NCBI GenBank assembly: GCA_963422645.2
Contig: CAXXVO010000014.1
Span: 64,001 to 128,000, forward strand
Direction: 5' to 3'
Length of the DNA stretch: 64,000 nucleotides
Source of the DNA: Alphaproteobacteria bacterium
Lineage (GTDB): Bacteria > Pseudomonadota > Alphaproteobacteria > UBA828
The notes under the pieces were generated by a model. It was not told the origin of the DNA. It saw only the letters and a list, made by a program, of their open reading frames with translations, and did no database searches. A program made the position numbers and the translations under genes. Every line of letters starts with the position of its first letter. Position 1 is the first letter of the stretch. Below are positions 12,364 through 22,191 of this stretch, piece after piece.

Positions 12364-13374
12364 ATGAAGGAACTTTCCTGGGGCGTGCTCGGCGCCTCGT
12401 TCTTCGCCATCGAGCACATGATTCCGGCGCTGCAGCAGACCGCCGGCCTCCGCGTCCACGGGATCGCGAGCCGCGAGCTCGCCAAGGCGGAGGCGGTGGC
12501 CGAGCAGTTCGGCCTGGCTCAGGCCTATGGCGATTACGAGGCCATGTTGGCTGATCCCGCCATCGACGTGGTCTTCAACCCGCTGCCCAACCACCTCCAC
12601 GTGCCCTGGACGGCGAAGGCGGCGCGCGCCGGCAAGCACGTGCTCTGCGAGAAGCCCATCGCGCTCGACGCGGACGAGGCGGCGCAGCTCATTGCCGTCC
12701 GCGACGAGACCGGCGTACAGATTCAGGAGGCCTACGTCGTCATCCATCACCCGCAGTGGAAGCGGGTGCGGGAGCTGGTACGCGCGGGCCGCATCGGCCG
12801 CCTGCGGGCGATCCAGGGCTGGTTCAGCTATTGGCTGGATGACCCCGGGAACATCCGCAACAAGCGGGAGATGGGCGGCGGCGGGCTGTTCGACGTCGGC
12901 GTCTATCCGCTGCTCACCGGGCGCTACGTCTTCGAGGCCGACCCGATTCGCGCCTTCGCCGCGATCGAGCGGCATCCCGAATGGGACGTGGACGTGCTGA
13001 GCCACGCGGTGCTGCAGTTCCCCTCCGGCATCTTGACCTTCACCTGCGGTACGCTGCTCGCCGTGCACCAGCACATGGCGATCCAGGGCACCGAGGGGCG
13101 GATCGAGCTGCCCGACCCCTTCGCCCAGTCGCCGACCCGCGAGGCCCGAATCTCGATCCTCGGCCCACGCGAAATCTGGGAGCCGCTCAACGAGGAGGTC
13201 GAGACCCTGGAGCGGGTCAACCAGTACGTGCGGCAGGCCGAGGCGTTCTGCGCGGCGGTGCGGGGCGAGGCGCCGCTGGTGTTTCCGCTTGAGGAGTCGG
13301 TCAGGATGATGCGGGCGCTGGATGCGCTCGCGCGCTCGGGCGAGAGCGGCCGGTGGGAGGAGGTCGGCGCCTGA
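12364..13374 (+). CDS. Gfo/Idh/MocA family oxidoreductase (putative sugar dehydrogenase)
   Basis: LPNHLH, AGKHVLCEKPIA, NIR..EMGGGGLFDVGVY. Confidence 0.93.
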   Translation: MKELSWGVLGASFFAIEHMIPALQQTAGLRVHGIASRELAKAEAVAEQFGLAQAYGDYEAMLADPAIDVVFNPLPNHLHVPWTAKAARAGKHVLCEKPIALDADEAAQLIAVRDETGVQIQEAYVVIHHPQWKRVRELVRAGRIGRLRAIQGWFSYWLDDPGNIRNKREMGGGGLFDVGVYPLLTGRYVFEADPIRAFAAIERHPEWDVDVLSHAVLQFPSGILTFTCGTLLAVHQHMAIQGTEGRIELPDPFAQSPTREARISILGPREIWEPLNEEVETLERVNQYVRQAEAFCAAVRGEAPLVFPLEESVRMMRALDALARSGESGRWEEVGA

Positions 13375-13441
13375 GCGCCGGTGCTGCGGGCTGCGCGCGC
13401 TGCTATAACGAGCCGGATCAGACTTGGGCAGGGAAGGGGAC

Positions 13442-15421
13442 ATGACCACGGCACCGAGCGAGGCGCTCACGCTCTATGGCACCGAGCAGGAGAGGCCGGA
13501 AGCGCGGACTCTCACCGCCGGCGCGCTCACGGCCGAGCTCGAGGCCGGCAAGCTGCGCTGGATCCGCTACGGCGGCACCGAAGCACTGCGCGGGCTTGCC
13601 TTCGTCGTGCGCGGCGGGGGGTGGGAGACCTATGCGCCGCAAATCGCCAATCTGGAGATCGAGGAACAGGGCGGCGGCTTTCGCGTGGGCTACGACGGGC
13701 GCATCGACTCTCCTGACGGCGCGCTCAGCTACCGGGCCGACATCGTGGCGGAGAACGAGCGGAGCCTGGTCTTCACGGTGGAATTCGAGCCCGAGACCGA
13801 GTTCAGGACCGGCCGGACGGGCTTCGTCGTACTGCACCCGGTGGAGGGTGTGGCGGGCGAGGCCTGCACCATCACCCACAGTGACGGCACCGTGGATGAG
13901 ACCGCGTTCCCCGGCCTGATCATGCCGCTTCAGCCCTTCTTCGACATCGCCGCCATGCGCCATCGGGTCTCGCCGGGGGTCTGGCTTACCTGCCGCTTCG
14001 AAGGCGCCGACCCGTGGGAGACCGAGGACCAACGCAACTGGACCGACGCCTCCTACAAGACCTACTACCGCCCGCTCGCGCTGCCCTTCCCCTACACGCT
14101 GGCGGCCGGCGAGCGGCTGCGGCAGGTCGCGACGCTCAGCATCGAGGGGGGCTCTGCAGCCGTCGCGACGGGGGCCGGGGATGACGGCGCGGTCGAGATC
14201 GCCCTCGGCGGCGCGACCGGGACGCAGATGCCGGAGATCGGGCTCGGCGTCGGCAACTTCGAGCGCGACCACCTCGACCACGGGCTCGACCTGCTCAAGG
14301 CTCTCGGACCTGGGCACCTCGTCTGCGAATGCGACCCGCGCGACGCTCATGCGGCAGACGCGCTCGCCGCCGGCCGGGGCCTGGCCGAGGCCCTCGATGC
14401 CGAGGTCGTGCTGGAGATCGCGGTGCCCTGCGAGCAGCCCGTGGCCGACGAGCTCGCGCAGGCTGCCGAGATTGCGGGCGGCGCCGGGCTCGTGCCGGAC
14501 GCCATCGTGCCGGAGCAGGCACGGCTCCTGAAGTTCACCCTGGAGAAGATTCCGGCCCTCGGCATCCCCGACTTCGACGAGGTCTACGGCGCGGCGAGCG
14601 CGGCCTTCCCCAGCGTGCGGCTCGGCGGCGGTGTCTTCACCAACTTCACCGAGCTCAACCGCAATTGCGCCACGCCCGACCTGTTCGACTTCCTCACGCA
14701 TGCCACCTGCGCCGTGGTGCACGAGCCGGACGATCTCTCGGTGATGGAGACGTTGCAGACGCTGCCGGACATCGTCGCCTCGGCCAAGGCGTGGGCCGGC
14801 GGCAAGCCCTACCGGATCGCGCCGAGCGCCATCGGCATGCGCTTCAATCCCTACGGGCCGGACGTCCACCACAACAGCGACAACGGGCGCTACTCCTTCA
14901 ACCGCCAGGACCCGCGCCACCGCGCCCTGCTCGGCGCCGCGTTCACGCTCGGCTATGCCGCGCGGGTGGCGCCGCTCGGCCTGGAAGCGCTGGCGATCGG
15001 CCAACCTTCCGGCGCGCTCGGCATGGTCTATCGCAGGACCGCGCACCCGCAGCCCTGGTTCGACGATCTCGATGGTCCGGCGGTGCCGCCGCTCTATCAC
15101 ATCGTGGCGTCGCTCGCGGCGGCGAAGGGTGCGGCGGTCCGCGCGGTGACCAGCGGCGATGCGACCCGCGTGCTGGGCCTCGCTTACGAAAAAGGGAGCG
15201 GCACCCTGCTCTGGCTCGCCAACCTCACGCCGGCGCCCCAGACTGTGACAGTCTCGGGCCTCTCGGGCGGCTCGGCCACCATCGGCCGGCTGGATTCGAG
15301 CAACTTCGTGGATGCGGTGACCGACCCCGCGGGCTTCGCCGCAAGCCCGGGCCGGCCGGGCGATCCCAGCCGCCTCCAATTGGCGCCGTTCGCGGTCTCG
15401 CGTATCGAGATCGGCGCTTAG
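13442..15421 (+). CDS. apnL: D-apionate lactonase-like protein
   Basis: LYGTE N-terminus, RTGFVVLHP, QPFFDI, WETEDQRNWTDASYKTY.RPLALPFPY, GGGVFTNFTELNR, DDLSVMETL, QDPRHR are recalled ApnL-family motifs; 659 aa. Confidence 0.75.
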   Translation: MTTAPSEALTLYGTEQERPEARTLTAGALTAELEAGKLRWIRYGGTEALRGLAFVVRGGGWETYAPQIANLEIEEQGGGFRVGYDGRIDSPDGALSYRADIVAENERSLVFTVEFEPETEFRTGRTGFVVLHPVEGVAGEACTITHSDGTVDETAFPGLIMPLQPFFDIAAMRHRVSPGVWLTCRFEGADPWETEDQRNWTDASYKTYYRPLALPFPYTLAAGERLRQVATLSIEGGSAAVATGAGDDGAVEIALGGATGTQMPEIGLGVGNFERDHLDHGLDLLKALGPGHLVCECDPRDAHAADALAAGRGLAEALDAEVVLEIAVPCEQPVADELAQAAEIAGGAGLVPDAIVPEQARLLKFTLEKIPALGIPDFDEVYGAASAAFPSVRLGGGVFTNFTELNRNCATPDLFDFLTHATCAVVHEPDDLSVMETLQTLPDIVASAKAWAGGKPYRIAPSAIGMRFNPYGPDVHHNSDNGRYSFNRQDPRHRALLGAAFTLGYAARVAPLGLEALAIGQPSGALGMVYRRTAHPQPWFDDLDGPAVPPLYHIVASLAAAKGAAVRAVTSGDATRVLGLAYEKGSGTLLWLANLTPAPQTVTVSGLSGGSATIGRLDSSNFVDAVTDPAGFAASPGRPGDPSRLQLAPFAVSRIEIGA

Positions 15422-15461
15422 CCGACAGAGCATTCCGACGGATCGAGACGGGTAGGAGAAC

Positions 15462-16262
15462 ATGACAGAATTCGCCCTCAAGGAGATGTCCCGCCACGGC
15501 CGGCTCAAGGTCGGCACTTTTTTGGTGGAGTTCAGCACACCGGGGATCGGCCAGATCCTGAAGGCCGCCGGCTGCGAGTTCGTGCTGCTCGACATGGAGC
15601 ATTCCGGCTTCGGCTTCGACACGATCAAGCAGGTGCTGCGCTACATGCAGGCGGGCGATATGCCGACGATCGTGCGCGTGCCCTCCCGCGAATACCACCA
15701 CGCGGCGCGCGCCATGGACATGGGGGCCGAGGGCATCATGCTGCCGATGGTGGGCTCGCCAAAGGTGGCGCGGGAGCTGCTGAGCTACGTCAAGTACGCG
15801 CCCGACGGCGAGCGCGGCGTCGCGCTGCAAATCGCGCACGACCGCTACGCGCCGGGCGACGTGAAGCAGAAGCTGCGGAACGCCAACAGGCGCTGCACCT
15901 TCGTTGCCCTGATCGAGACCGGCGAGGGGGTCGAGAACGTCGATGACATCGCGGCGATCGAGGACGTCGACGTGGTCTGGATCGGCCACTTCGACCTCTC
16001 GGTCTCCATGGGCATCGCCGGCCAATTCGACCACCCGGATTTTGTCGCGGCGGTGGCGCGGATCGCGGGTGCCGCGAAGAAGCACAACAAGTCACTCGGC
16101 CGGCTGGTGCCCAACGTCGAGACCGGCGTGGCGCTCTACAAGGAAGGGTTCGACTTCATCTGCTATTCGGGCGACGTCTGGCTGCTGCAACAGTCCATGC
16201 GTGAAGGTGCGGAGGGCTTGCGCGCCCAATGCAAGCGCGGCCGGCGGCGGCCCAAGAGATAA
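15462..16262 (+). CDS. HpcH/HpaI class II aldolase
   Basis: FVLLDMEHS, IVRVP, MDMGAEGIMLPMV, YAPDGERG, LIET, WIGHFDLSVSMG. Confidence 0.92.
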   Translation: MTEFALKEMSRHGRLKVGTFLVEFSTPGIGQILKAAGCEFVLLDMEHSGFGFDTIKQVLRYMQAGDMPTIVRVPSREYHHAARAMDMGAEGIMLPMVGSPKVARELLSYVKYAPDGERGVALQIAHDRYAPGDVKQKLRNANRRCTFVALIETGEGVENVDDIAAIEDVDVVWIGHFDLSVSMGIAGQFDHPDFVAAVARIAGAAKKHNKSLGRLVPNVETGVALYKEGFDFICYSGDVWLLQQSMREGAEGLRAQCKRGRRRPKR

Positions 16263-16278
16263 GGGAGATCGACAGGTT

Positions 16279-17331
16279 ATGGCCGAGAAATTCAAAATCG
16301 CACTGAGCGCGGACTATCTCACGCCGGAGGGCGAGCCGCTCTTCCCGATGTTCGATCGCGGGCCGCTCGACGACGATCCGGACATCGAGTGGAGCTACCT
16401 GAAGAACAGCGACGGGCCGGTGGACGCGGCGGAGCTCGCCGGGCACGACGCGCTGATCCTGCTGGCCCAGCGCTTCGAGCGTTCCAGCGTGCCGAGCGAC
16501 GGCAGGCTCGCCATGGTTGCGCGCTTCGGCGTCGGCTACGACAGCGTGGACGTGCAGGCCTGCACCGACAACGACATCTGCCTGGTCATCACGCCGGACG
16601 GTGTGCGCCGGCCGGTCGCGGTCGCCATCATCGCGTTGATCCTCGCGGTCACCGGCAAGCTCCTGATCAAGCACCAGCTGACCATCGAGGGCCCGGCCGG
16701 CTTCGCCCGCAGGTCCGGGTACATGGGGGTGGGCATCGTCGGCAAGACCCTGGGCTCGGTCGGCATCGGCAACATCGGGGCCGAGATGTTCCGCATGGCC
16801 GCCCCCTTCGACATGAACTTCATGGCCTGCGACCCCTACGCCGACCCGGCGGTGGCGGAAGAGCTGGGGGTGCAGATGGTCGATCTCGACACGCTCTGCC
16901 GGGAGTCGGACATTCTGACCGTCAACTGCCCCTTGAGCGACGCAACCCACCACATCGTCGATGAGCGGCTGATCGGAATGATGAAGCCCACGGCCTATCT
17001 GGTGAACACCTCGCGCGGCGGCACGGTGGACCAGAAGGCGCTGACCGTGGCGTTGCAGGAAGGGCGGATCGCCGGCGCCGGGCTCGACGTGCTCGACCCC
17101 GAGCCGCCGGACCCGGACGACCCCATCCTCAAGCTCGACAACGTGGTCTTCTCGCCGCACGCGCTGGCCTGGACCGACCAGTGCTTCGCCGGCCTCGGCG
17201 CGGGCGACGTCATCGCCTGTCAGGCGCTGAAGCGTGGGGAGCCGCCGAAGGCCATCGTCAACCGCGAGATTCTCGACAACGCGGCCTGGCGGGCCAAGCT
17301 CGCGCGCTACGCCGAGATTTTCGGCGGCTGA
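16279..17331 (+). CDS. D-isomer-specific 2-hydroxyacid dehydrogenase
   Basis: RFGVGYDSVD, GSVGIGNIG, VNTSRG, LDVLDPEP, SPH; RBS GGAG upstream of ATG 16279. Confidence 0.93.
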   Translation: MAEKFKIALSADYLTPEGEPLFPMFDRGPLDDDPDIEWSYLKNSDGPVDAAELAGHDALILLAQRFERSSVPSDGRLAMVARFGVGYDSVDVQACTDNDICLVITPDGVRRPVAVAIIALILAVTGKLLIKHQLTIEGPAGFARRSGYMGVGIVGKTLGSVGIGNIGAEMFRMAAPFDMNFMACDPYADPAVAEELGVQMVDLDTLCRESDILTVNCPLSDATHHIVDERLIGMMKPTAYLVNTSRGGTVDQKALTVALQEGRIAGAGLDVLDPEPPDPDDPILKLDNVVFSPHALAWTDQCFAGLGAGDVIACQALKRGEPPKAIVNREILDNAAWRAKLARYAEIFGG

Positions 17332-17351
17332 TCCTCAGCCGCCAAGCGCTT

Positions 17352-17386
17352 ATCCCTCGAATCCCGCCCAATCCCGGCGAATCCCG
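17352..17386. repeat. Approximately 10-bp-phased ATCCC direct repeats in the intergenic region
   Basis: ATCCC at 17352, 17361, 17371, 17381 (tatccctcga atcccgccca atcccggcga atcccgcaca). Confidence 0.6.
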
Positions 17387-17467
17387 CACAAAATTAGTGC
17401 CCGCACGATCCCACAGGGCTCTCAGCAGGCCGCGCGACCGGCGCGCTATGGGAAGTCGCCGCACGCC

Positions 17468-18625
17468 GTGACCGGATTCGATTTTCCGCCGCCGGCGATG
17501 CCGCCCGGCACCGATGCGCTGCGCGACGAGGTTCGCGCGTTCCTCGCGGAATCGCGAGAAACCCAGGGCTGGCGGCCCGATTCCGACTTCGGCTCGGACT
17601 GGTCGTCCTCCTTCAGCCGTGCGCTCGGCGCGCGGGGCTGGATCGGCATGTGCTGGCCCAGGCGTTACGGCGGGCACGAGCGCTCAGCGCTCGAGCGCTA
17701 CGTCGTGATCGAGGAGCTGCTGGCGGCCGGCGCGCCAGTCTACGCCCACTGGGTGGCGGACCGGCAGAGCGGCCCGCTGCTGCTGCGCTTCGGCAGCGAG
17801 GAAGAGCGCCAGACGATCCTGCCCCGGATCGCAGCCGGGAAATGCTACTTCGCCATCGGCATGAGCGAGCCCGATTCCGGCTCCGATCTCGCCTCGGTCC
17901 GCACCCGCGCGGAGCGGACGGCGGAGGGCTGGCGCATCGACGGCACCAAGGTGTGGACCAGCAACGCCCACCGCTCGCAATACATGATCGCGCTCTGCCG
18001 CACGGGGCCCGCCGGCGAGAGCCGCCACGAAGGCCTCAGCCAGTTCCTGATCGACCTCGAAGCCGACGGCGTGCGGGTGAGCCCCATCGTCAACCTCGCC
18101 GGTAAGCACGACTTCAACGAATGCGTCTTCGAGGATGTTGTGATTCCGGCCGACAGGCTGATCGGGCAGGAGGGCGACGGCTGGCGTCAGGTCACCGGCG
18201 AGCTTGCGCTGGAGCGGAGCGGGCCCGAGCGCATCCTCAGCACCTTCCACCTCTTTGCTGGGCTGGTCACGGCGGCGGGGCCGGATCCCGAGCCTCGGCT
18301 CGCCGAAGCGATCGGGCGGCTCACGGCGGAGCTTTATGCGCTCCGCGCCATGTCCCTCGCCGTTGCCGGTCAACTGGAGAAGGGAGAGCTCCCGGAGGTC
18401 GAGGCCGCCATCGTCAAGGACATGGGTACCCGCTTCGAGGCCGAGGTTGCGGAGACGCTGCGCCGCGCCGTGCCGCTGGAGCCGGTCGCGGGGGGAAGCG
18501 CCAACGCGCCGTCGCTCGCTTCCGCGCTGGGCTCTTCAGTGCTGGGGCTGCCCTCGTTCTCGCTGCGCGGCGGCACCAACGAGGTCCTGCGCTCGATCAT
18601 CGCCCGCGGCCTGGGTGTCAGGTGA
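17468..18625 (+). CDS. Acyl-CoA dehydrogenase (larger subunit of a paired ACAD)
   Basis: IGMSEPDSGSDLAS, GTKVWTS, FNECVFEDV, ERSGPER, SLRGGTNEVLRSIIARGLG. Confidence 0.94.
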   Translation: MTGFDFPPPAMPPGTDALRDEVRAFLAESRETQGWRPDSDFGSDWSSSFSRALGARGWIGMCWPRRYGGHERSALERYVVIEELLAAGAPVYAHWVADRQSGPLLLRFGSEEERQTILPRIAAGKCYFAIGMSEPDSGSDLASVRTRAERTAEGWRIDGTKVWTSNAHRSQYMIALCRTGPAGESRHEGLSQFLIDLEADGVRVSPIVNLAGKHDFNECVFEDVVIPADRLIGQEGDGWRQVTGELALERSGPERILSTFHLFAGLVTAAGPDPEPRLAEAIGRLTAELYALRAMSLAVAGQLEKGELPEVEAAIVKDMGTRFEAEVAETLRRAVPLEPVAGGSANAPSLASALGSSVLGLPSFSLRGGTNEVLRSIIARGLGVR

Positions 18626-18632
18626 GGGCGCG

Positions 18633-19700
18633 ATGAGCGACGAGACGACGCGCCTGATCGAGCAGACCGCCGACGACCTGTTTGCGGCGGAGAGCGCGGG
18701 CGCTCGCGCGGCGCTCGCGGAAGGCTCCTGGCCGGAACAGCTCTGGCAGACCTTCGCCGAGACCGGGCTCGCACAGGCGGCGTTGCCCGAGGAGGCCGAA
18801 GGCGCCGGGCTCGCGGCCGGGCTCGCGGTGCTGCGCGCGGCAGGGCGCCATGCCGCGCCGATCCCGGCTGCCGAGACAATGGTGGGGGCTCTACTCTGTC
18901 ATGCGGCGGGAATCGAGGCGCCGGACGGCCCGTTGACCCTCCACGCGCTGCCGGATGGAGCGGGTGCCGGCGCCGCCGCTGCCCTCCCGCGAGTCCCGTG
19001 GGCGCGCTTCGTCTCCGCCGTCGTGTTCGTCGCTCCAGGCGAGGGGCTGGCCTCGTGCAAGCCGGTCGATATCAGCGAGGGCGCCAACCTGGCCGGTGAG
19101 CCGCGCGACGACGTCACGCTTGCCGGCCCGCCGGACCGCTTCGCCGCCTTGCCGCCGGAGGTGGACGGCTTCGCGTTGATGGCTGTCGCGCGCGCTGCTC
19201 AGCTGCGGGGAGCGATGGAACGCGTGCTCGCCATGAGCGTAGGCTACGCGCACGACCGTGTGCAGTTTGGCCGGCCGTTGGCGCGCTTCCAGGCGATTCA
19301 GCATTACTTGGCCGAAATCGCCGGCGAGGCGGCCGCCACCGGGGCCGCGGTGGATGCGGCTGCGGAGGCGGGCACCCCCTTCGCCTTCGCCGCCGCCAAG
19401 GCGCGGGCGAGCCAGGCGGCAGGCACGGTCGCCCGCCTCGCGCATCAGGTGCACGGCGCCATCGGCTACACCGCGGAGCACGACCTGCATATCTGGACCA
19501 AGCGGCTCTGGGCCTGGCGCGACGAGTACGGCAACGAGGCCCACTGGTGGCAGGTGCTCGGCGCCGAGACCGCGCGGGGTGGTGGCGCTGCGCTCTGGCC
19601 GACGATGGTCGCTGCCTCCGGCAGCGCGGTAGCAGAAGCCTCCGGCAACGCGGCAGCAGAAAAAGGAGGTAACTACCCAGGTACCCCAATCCTGAGTTGA
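18633..19700 (+). CDS. Acyl-CoA dehydrogenase family, short partner subunit; C-terminus altered by IS insertion
   Basis: NLAGEPRD, RVQFGRPLARFQAIQH, AHQVHGAIGYTAEH; the last ~10 codons come from the IS66 left end. Confidence 0.9.
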   Translation: MSDETTRLIEQTADDLFAAESAGARAALAEGSWPEQLWQTFAETGLAQAALPEEAEGAGLAAGLAVLRAAGRHAAPIPAAETMVGALLCHAAGIEAPDGPLTLHALPDGAGAGAAAALPRVPWARFVSAVVFVAPGEGLASCKPVDISEGANLAGEPRDDVTLAGPPDRFAALPPEVDGFALMAVARAAQLRGAMERVLAMSVGYAHDRVQFGRPLARFQAIQHYLAEIAGEAAATGAAVDAAAEAGTPFAFAAAKARASQAAGTVARLAHQVHGAIGYTAEHDLHIWTKRLWAWRDEYGNEAHWWQVLGAETARGGGAALWPTMVAASGSAVAEASGNAAAEKGGNYPGTPILS

Positions 19701-19810
19701 GGACGGTGATTATGGCGGCGGCCGCGGCCTGGTTCTGCCACCGCGATTGGTTCTTGACCTCATAGAGTTGCGGGACTATGGACTGCTCTCTCGCGTGACG
19801 GGAGCGGTCC

Positions 19811-20476
19811 ATGGGGTATTTCGGCTCGAAGGCGACAGCAGGTCTGTGCCAAGCGCTGATTGCGCTGATGCCGCCGCACTCCGTCTACATCGAAAGCCAC
19901 CTTGGGGGCGGGGCGCTGATGAAGCGCAAGCCGCCGGCCGTGCGTTCGATCGGCATCGACCGCGATGCGCAGGCGCTCGAGGCCTTCGTCTGCGACTACC
20001 CGGTCGATCTGGTTCACGGCTGTGCCCATGACTTCCTGGCCTCGTTCCCGTTCCTGGGCCCGGAGCTGGTTTACAGCGATCCGCCCTATCTGCACGCGAC
20101 CCGCCGCTCGGCGCAGCGCTACCGCTTCGAGTACGAGGAGGCCGGCCACGTCGCGCTTCTCGCGCTGCTCAAGGCTCTGCCCTGCCAGGTCATGATCTCG
20201 GGCCATCCGTCGGCGCTCTATGACGAGGTGCTGGCGGGATGGCGCCGGCTGGCGCTGCAGGTCACGACCCAGGGTCTGGTGCGAACCGAGGTCGTCTGGT
20301 TCAACTACGCCCCCGACCGGATGCATTGGGCCAGCCACGCAGGCCGGAACTTCACCGACCGCCAGCGCATCAAGCGCAAGGCAGCCAACTGGGGCCGGCG
20401 CTACCAGGCCTTGCCGCCGGGCGAACGCCTCGCCGTGCTCGCCGCCATGATGGCCGTCGAGGCCGAAGACACGTGA
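19811..20476 (+). CDS. Compact DNA adenine methyltransferase (Dam/D12-like), IS passenger
   Basis: YFGSK N-terminus, YIESHLGGGA motif I, YSDPPY motif IV, RTEVVWFNY; RBS GGAG. Confidence 0.85.
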   Translation: MGYFGSKATAGLCQALIALMPPHSVYIESHLGGGALMKRKPPAVRSIGIDRDAQALEAFVCDYPVDLVHGCAHDFLASFPFLGPELVYSDPPYLHATRRSAQRYRFEYEEAGHVALLALLKALPCQVMISGHPSALYDEVLAGWRRLALQVTTQGLVRTEVVWFNYAPDRMHWASHAGRNFTDRQRIKRKAANWGRRYQALPPGERLAVLAAMMAVEAEDT

Positions 20477-22011
20477 CGGTGTCGCACTGGCACGAAGACC
20501 TCGCCGCCCGTAACGAGGCCTTCTGCTGCCTGAAGGAGCTTCTCGAGCCATCATCCCTCGCAACCACTGTCGTCGTTGCCGTCCGGGAATGGGGGCAGGG
20601 GCTGCTGCGATCAGCCACCGCGCTCGCCCGGGAAAATGCCGCACTCGAGCAGGAGAACGCGGCCCTGCGCGAGCGCATCGCCGAACTCGAGCGCAGCGCG
20701 GCCCTCAACAGCACCACAAGCAGCAAGCCCCCCGCCAGCGACGGGCTCAAGAAGAAAAGCGGAGCCCAGAGGCGCACCCAAAGCCAGCGCGGAAAGTCCG
20801 GCGGGCCCAGTGGCGGCCAGCCCGGCCACAAGGGAACCACCCTCGCGCGGAGCGACAGCCCGGACCGTGTCGTCGATCACCACCCCTCCACCTGTTCCGG
20901 CTGTGGCGTCGAGCTCTCGGACGCCGACCGGCAAGGCGCGCCCGCCTGTCGGCAGGTCTTCGACGTACCCGAGCCGCAGCCTCTCGAGGTCACCGAACAC
21001 CGCGCCCATCGCTGCCTCTGCGGCGCATGCGGCACGCTGACACGAGCCGCCTTCCCGCCGGGCGTCACCGCCCCGGTCCAGTACGGCCCTCGCATCACCG
21101 CTTGGGTGAGTTACCTGCTGTACGCCCAGTTCGTGCCCGAGAAGCGTCTGGCCGAACTCATGAGCGACATCTTCGCGGTGTCCATCTCCACTGCCACGAT
21201 CGCCGCCATGGGCCGGCGCACAGCGCAGCGCTTCGAGGGCTTCCTCGACCATGTCGCCGATCTGATCCGCACGCAGGCGCCGGTCAAGCACCTCGACGAG
21301 ACCGGCCTGCGTATCGCCGCCCGTACCCGCTGGCTCCATGTGCTGTGCACCCCGTTGCTCACCGTCCTGCGCATCGGCGAGGGACGCGGCGATGTCGAAA
21401 AGAACCTGAAAGGCATCCTCGTCCACGACGACTTCGCCCCCTACTTCACCATCAAGGGCGTCCGCCACGGCGCCTGCAACGCACATCACCTGCGCGAACT
21501 CCAGGCCCTGATCGACATCGAGAAGGAGGAATGGGCGGCGAGCATGCACCGCCTGCTTCAGCGCGCGCGCAGGGCCGCCCGCTTCGCCCGTGAGAAAGAC
21601 CGTCAAGTCCCCGCCTCCCTGGTGGCCCGCATCTCAAGGGCATGGGACCGTATCCTCGAAGAAGCCATCGCCTTCCATGAGGCCCAACCGCCGCTCCAGA
21701 TCGCAAAGCGAGGGCGAAAGAAACGCCGCATCGGCCACAACCTCGCGCGCCGCCTTCAAAAGCATAAGGAGGGCTGCCTGCGCTTCCTCACCGACCTGCG
21801 CACGCCGTTCACGAATAACGAGGCGGAGCGTGACATCCGTATGAACAAAGTGCATGAGAAGATCTCAGGCGGCTTCCGCTCCCTGCAAGGCGCCTGCAAC
21901 TTCGCCGGAATGCGCAGCGTCATCGTCACCGCTCGAAAGCAAGGCTGGAACATCCTGCAAATCCTGGCGCACCCGGAACCGATGCAGCTGATCCCTATAC
22001 TGCGCTCCTGA
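20473..22011 (+). CDS. IS66 family transposase
   Basis: Coiled coil, NSTTSSKPPASDG, GGQPGHKG, CxxC zinc motifs, HLDETG, CNAHHLREL, FTNNEAERDIRM; GTG overlaps the MTase stop (GTGA). Confidence 0.93.
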   Translation: MTVSHWHEDLAARNEAFCCLKELLEPSSLATTVVVAVREWGQGLLRSATALARENAALEQENAALRERIAELERSAALNSTTSSKPPASDGLKKKSGAQRRTQSQRGKSGGPSGGQPGHKGTTLARSDSPDRVVDHHPSTCSGCGVELSDADRQGAPACRQVFDVPEPQPLEVTEHRAHRCLCGACGTLTRAAFPPGVTAPVQYGPRITAWVSYLLYAQFVPEKRLAELMSDIFAVSISTATIAAMGRRTAQRFEGFLDHVADLIRTQAPVKHLDETGLRIAARTRWLHVLCTPLLTVLRIGEGRGDVEKNLKGILVHDDFAPYFTIKGVRHGACNAHHLRELQALIDIEKEEWAASMHRLLQRARRAARFAREKDRQVPASLVARISRAWDRILEEAIAFHEAQPPLQIAKRGRKKRRIGHNLARRLQKHKEGCLRFLTDLRTPFTNNEAERDIRMNKVHEKISGGFRSLQGACNFAGMRSVIVTARKQGWNILQILAHPEPMQLIPILRS

Positions 22012-22191
22012 ACTTCTCCGGCTCATCCTGAGTATCGCTGTCCTCTCATCTTGTTCGCGACGCGGCGTTCATCATCCTCTCGCGCTCAAGAGAGTAGGCA
22101 CCCCCGCGGCGTGGGGGCGTTGACGCAAAAGGAACTGGCTTGTTCCATAAGAGAGAGGGGGTACCTGGGCAGTTACAAAAGGAGACCGCCC

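Larger units (their letters stand above)
19669..22176 (+). mobile_element. IS66-family element (single-transposase ISBst12 type) carrying a DNA methyltransferase passenger gene
   Basis: Left end GTAACTACCCAGGTACCCC (19669), right end GGGGTACCTGGGCAGTTAC (to 22176), 18/19 inverted match; 8-bp direct repeat AAAAGGAG at 19661-19668 and 22177-22184. Confidence 0.93.
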
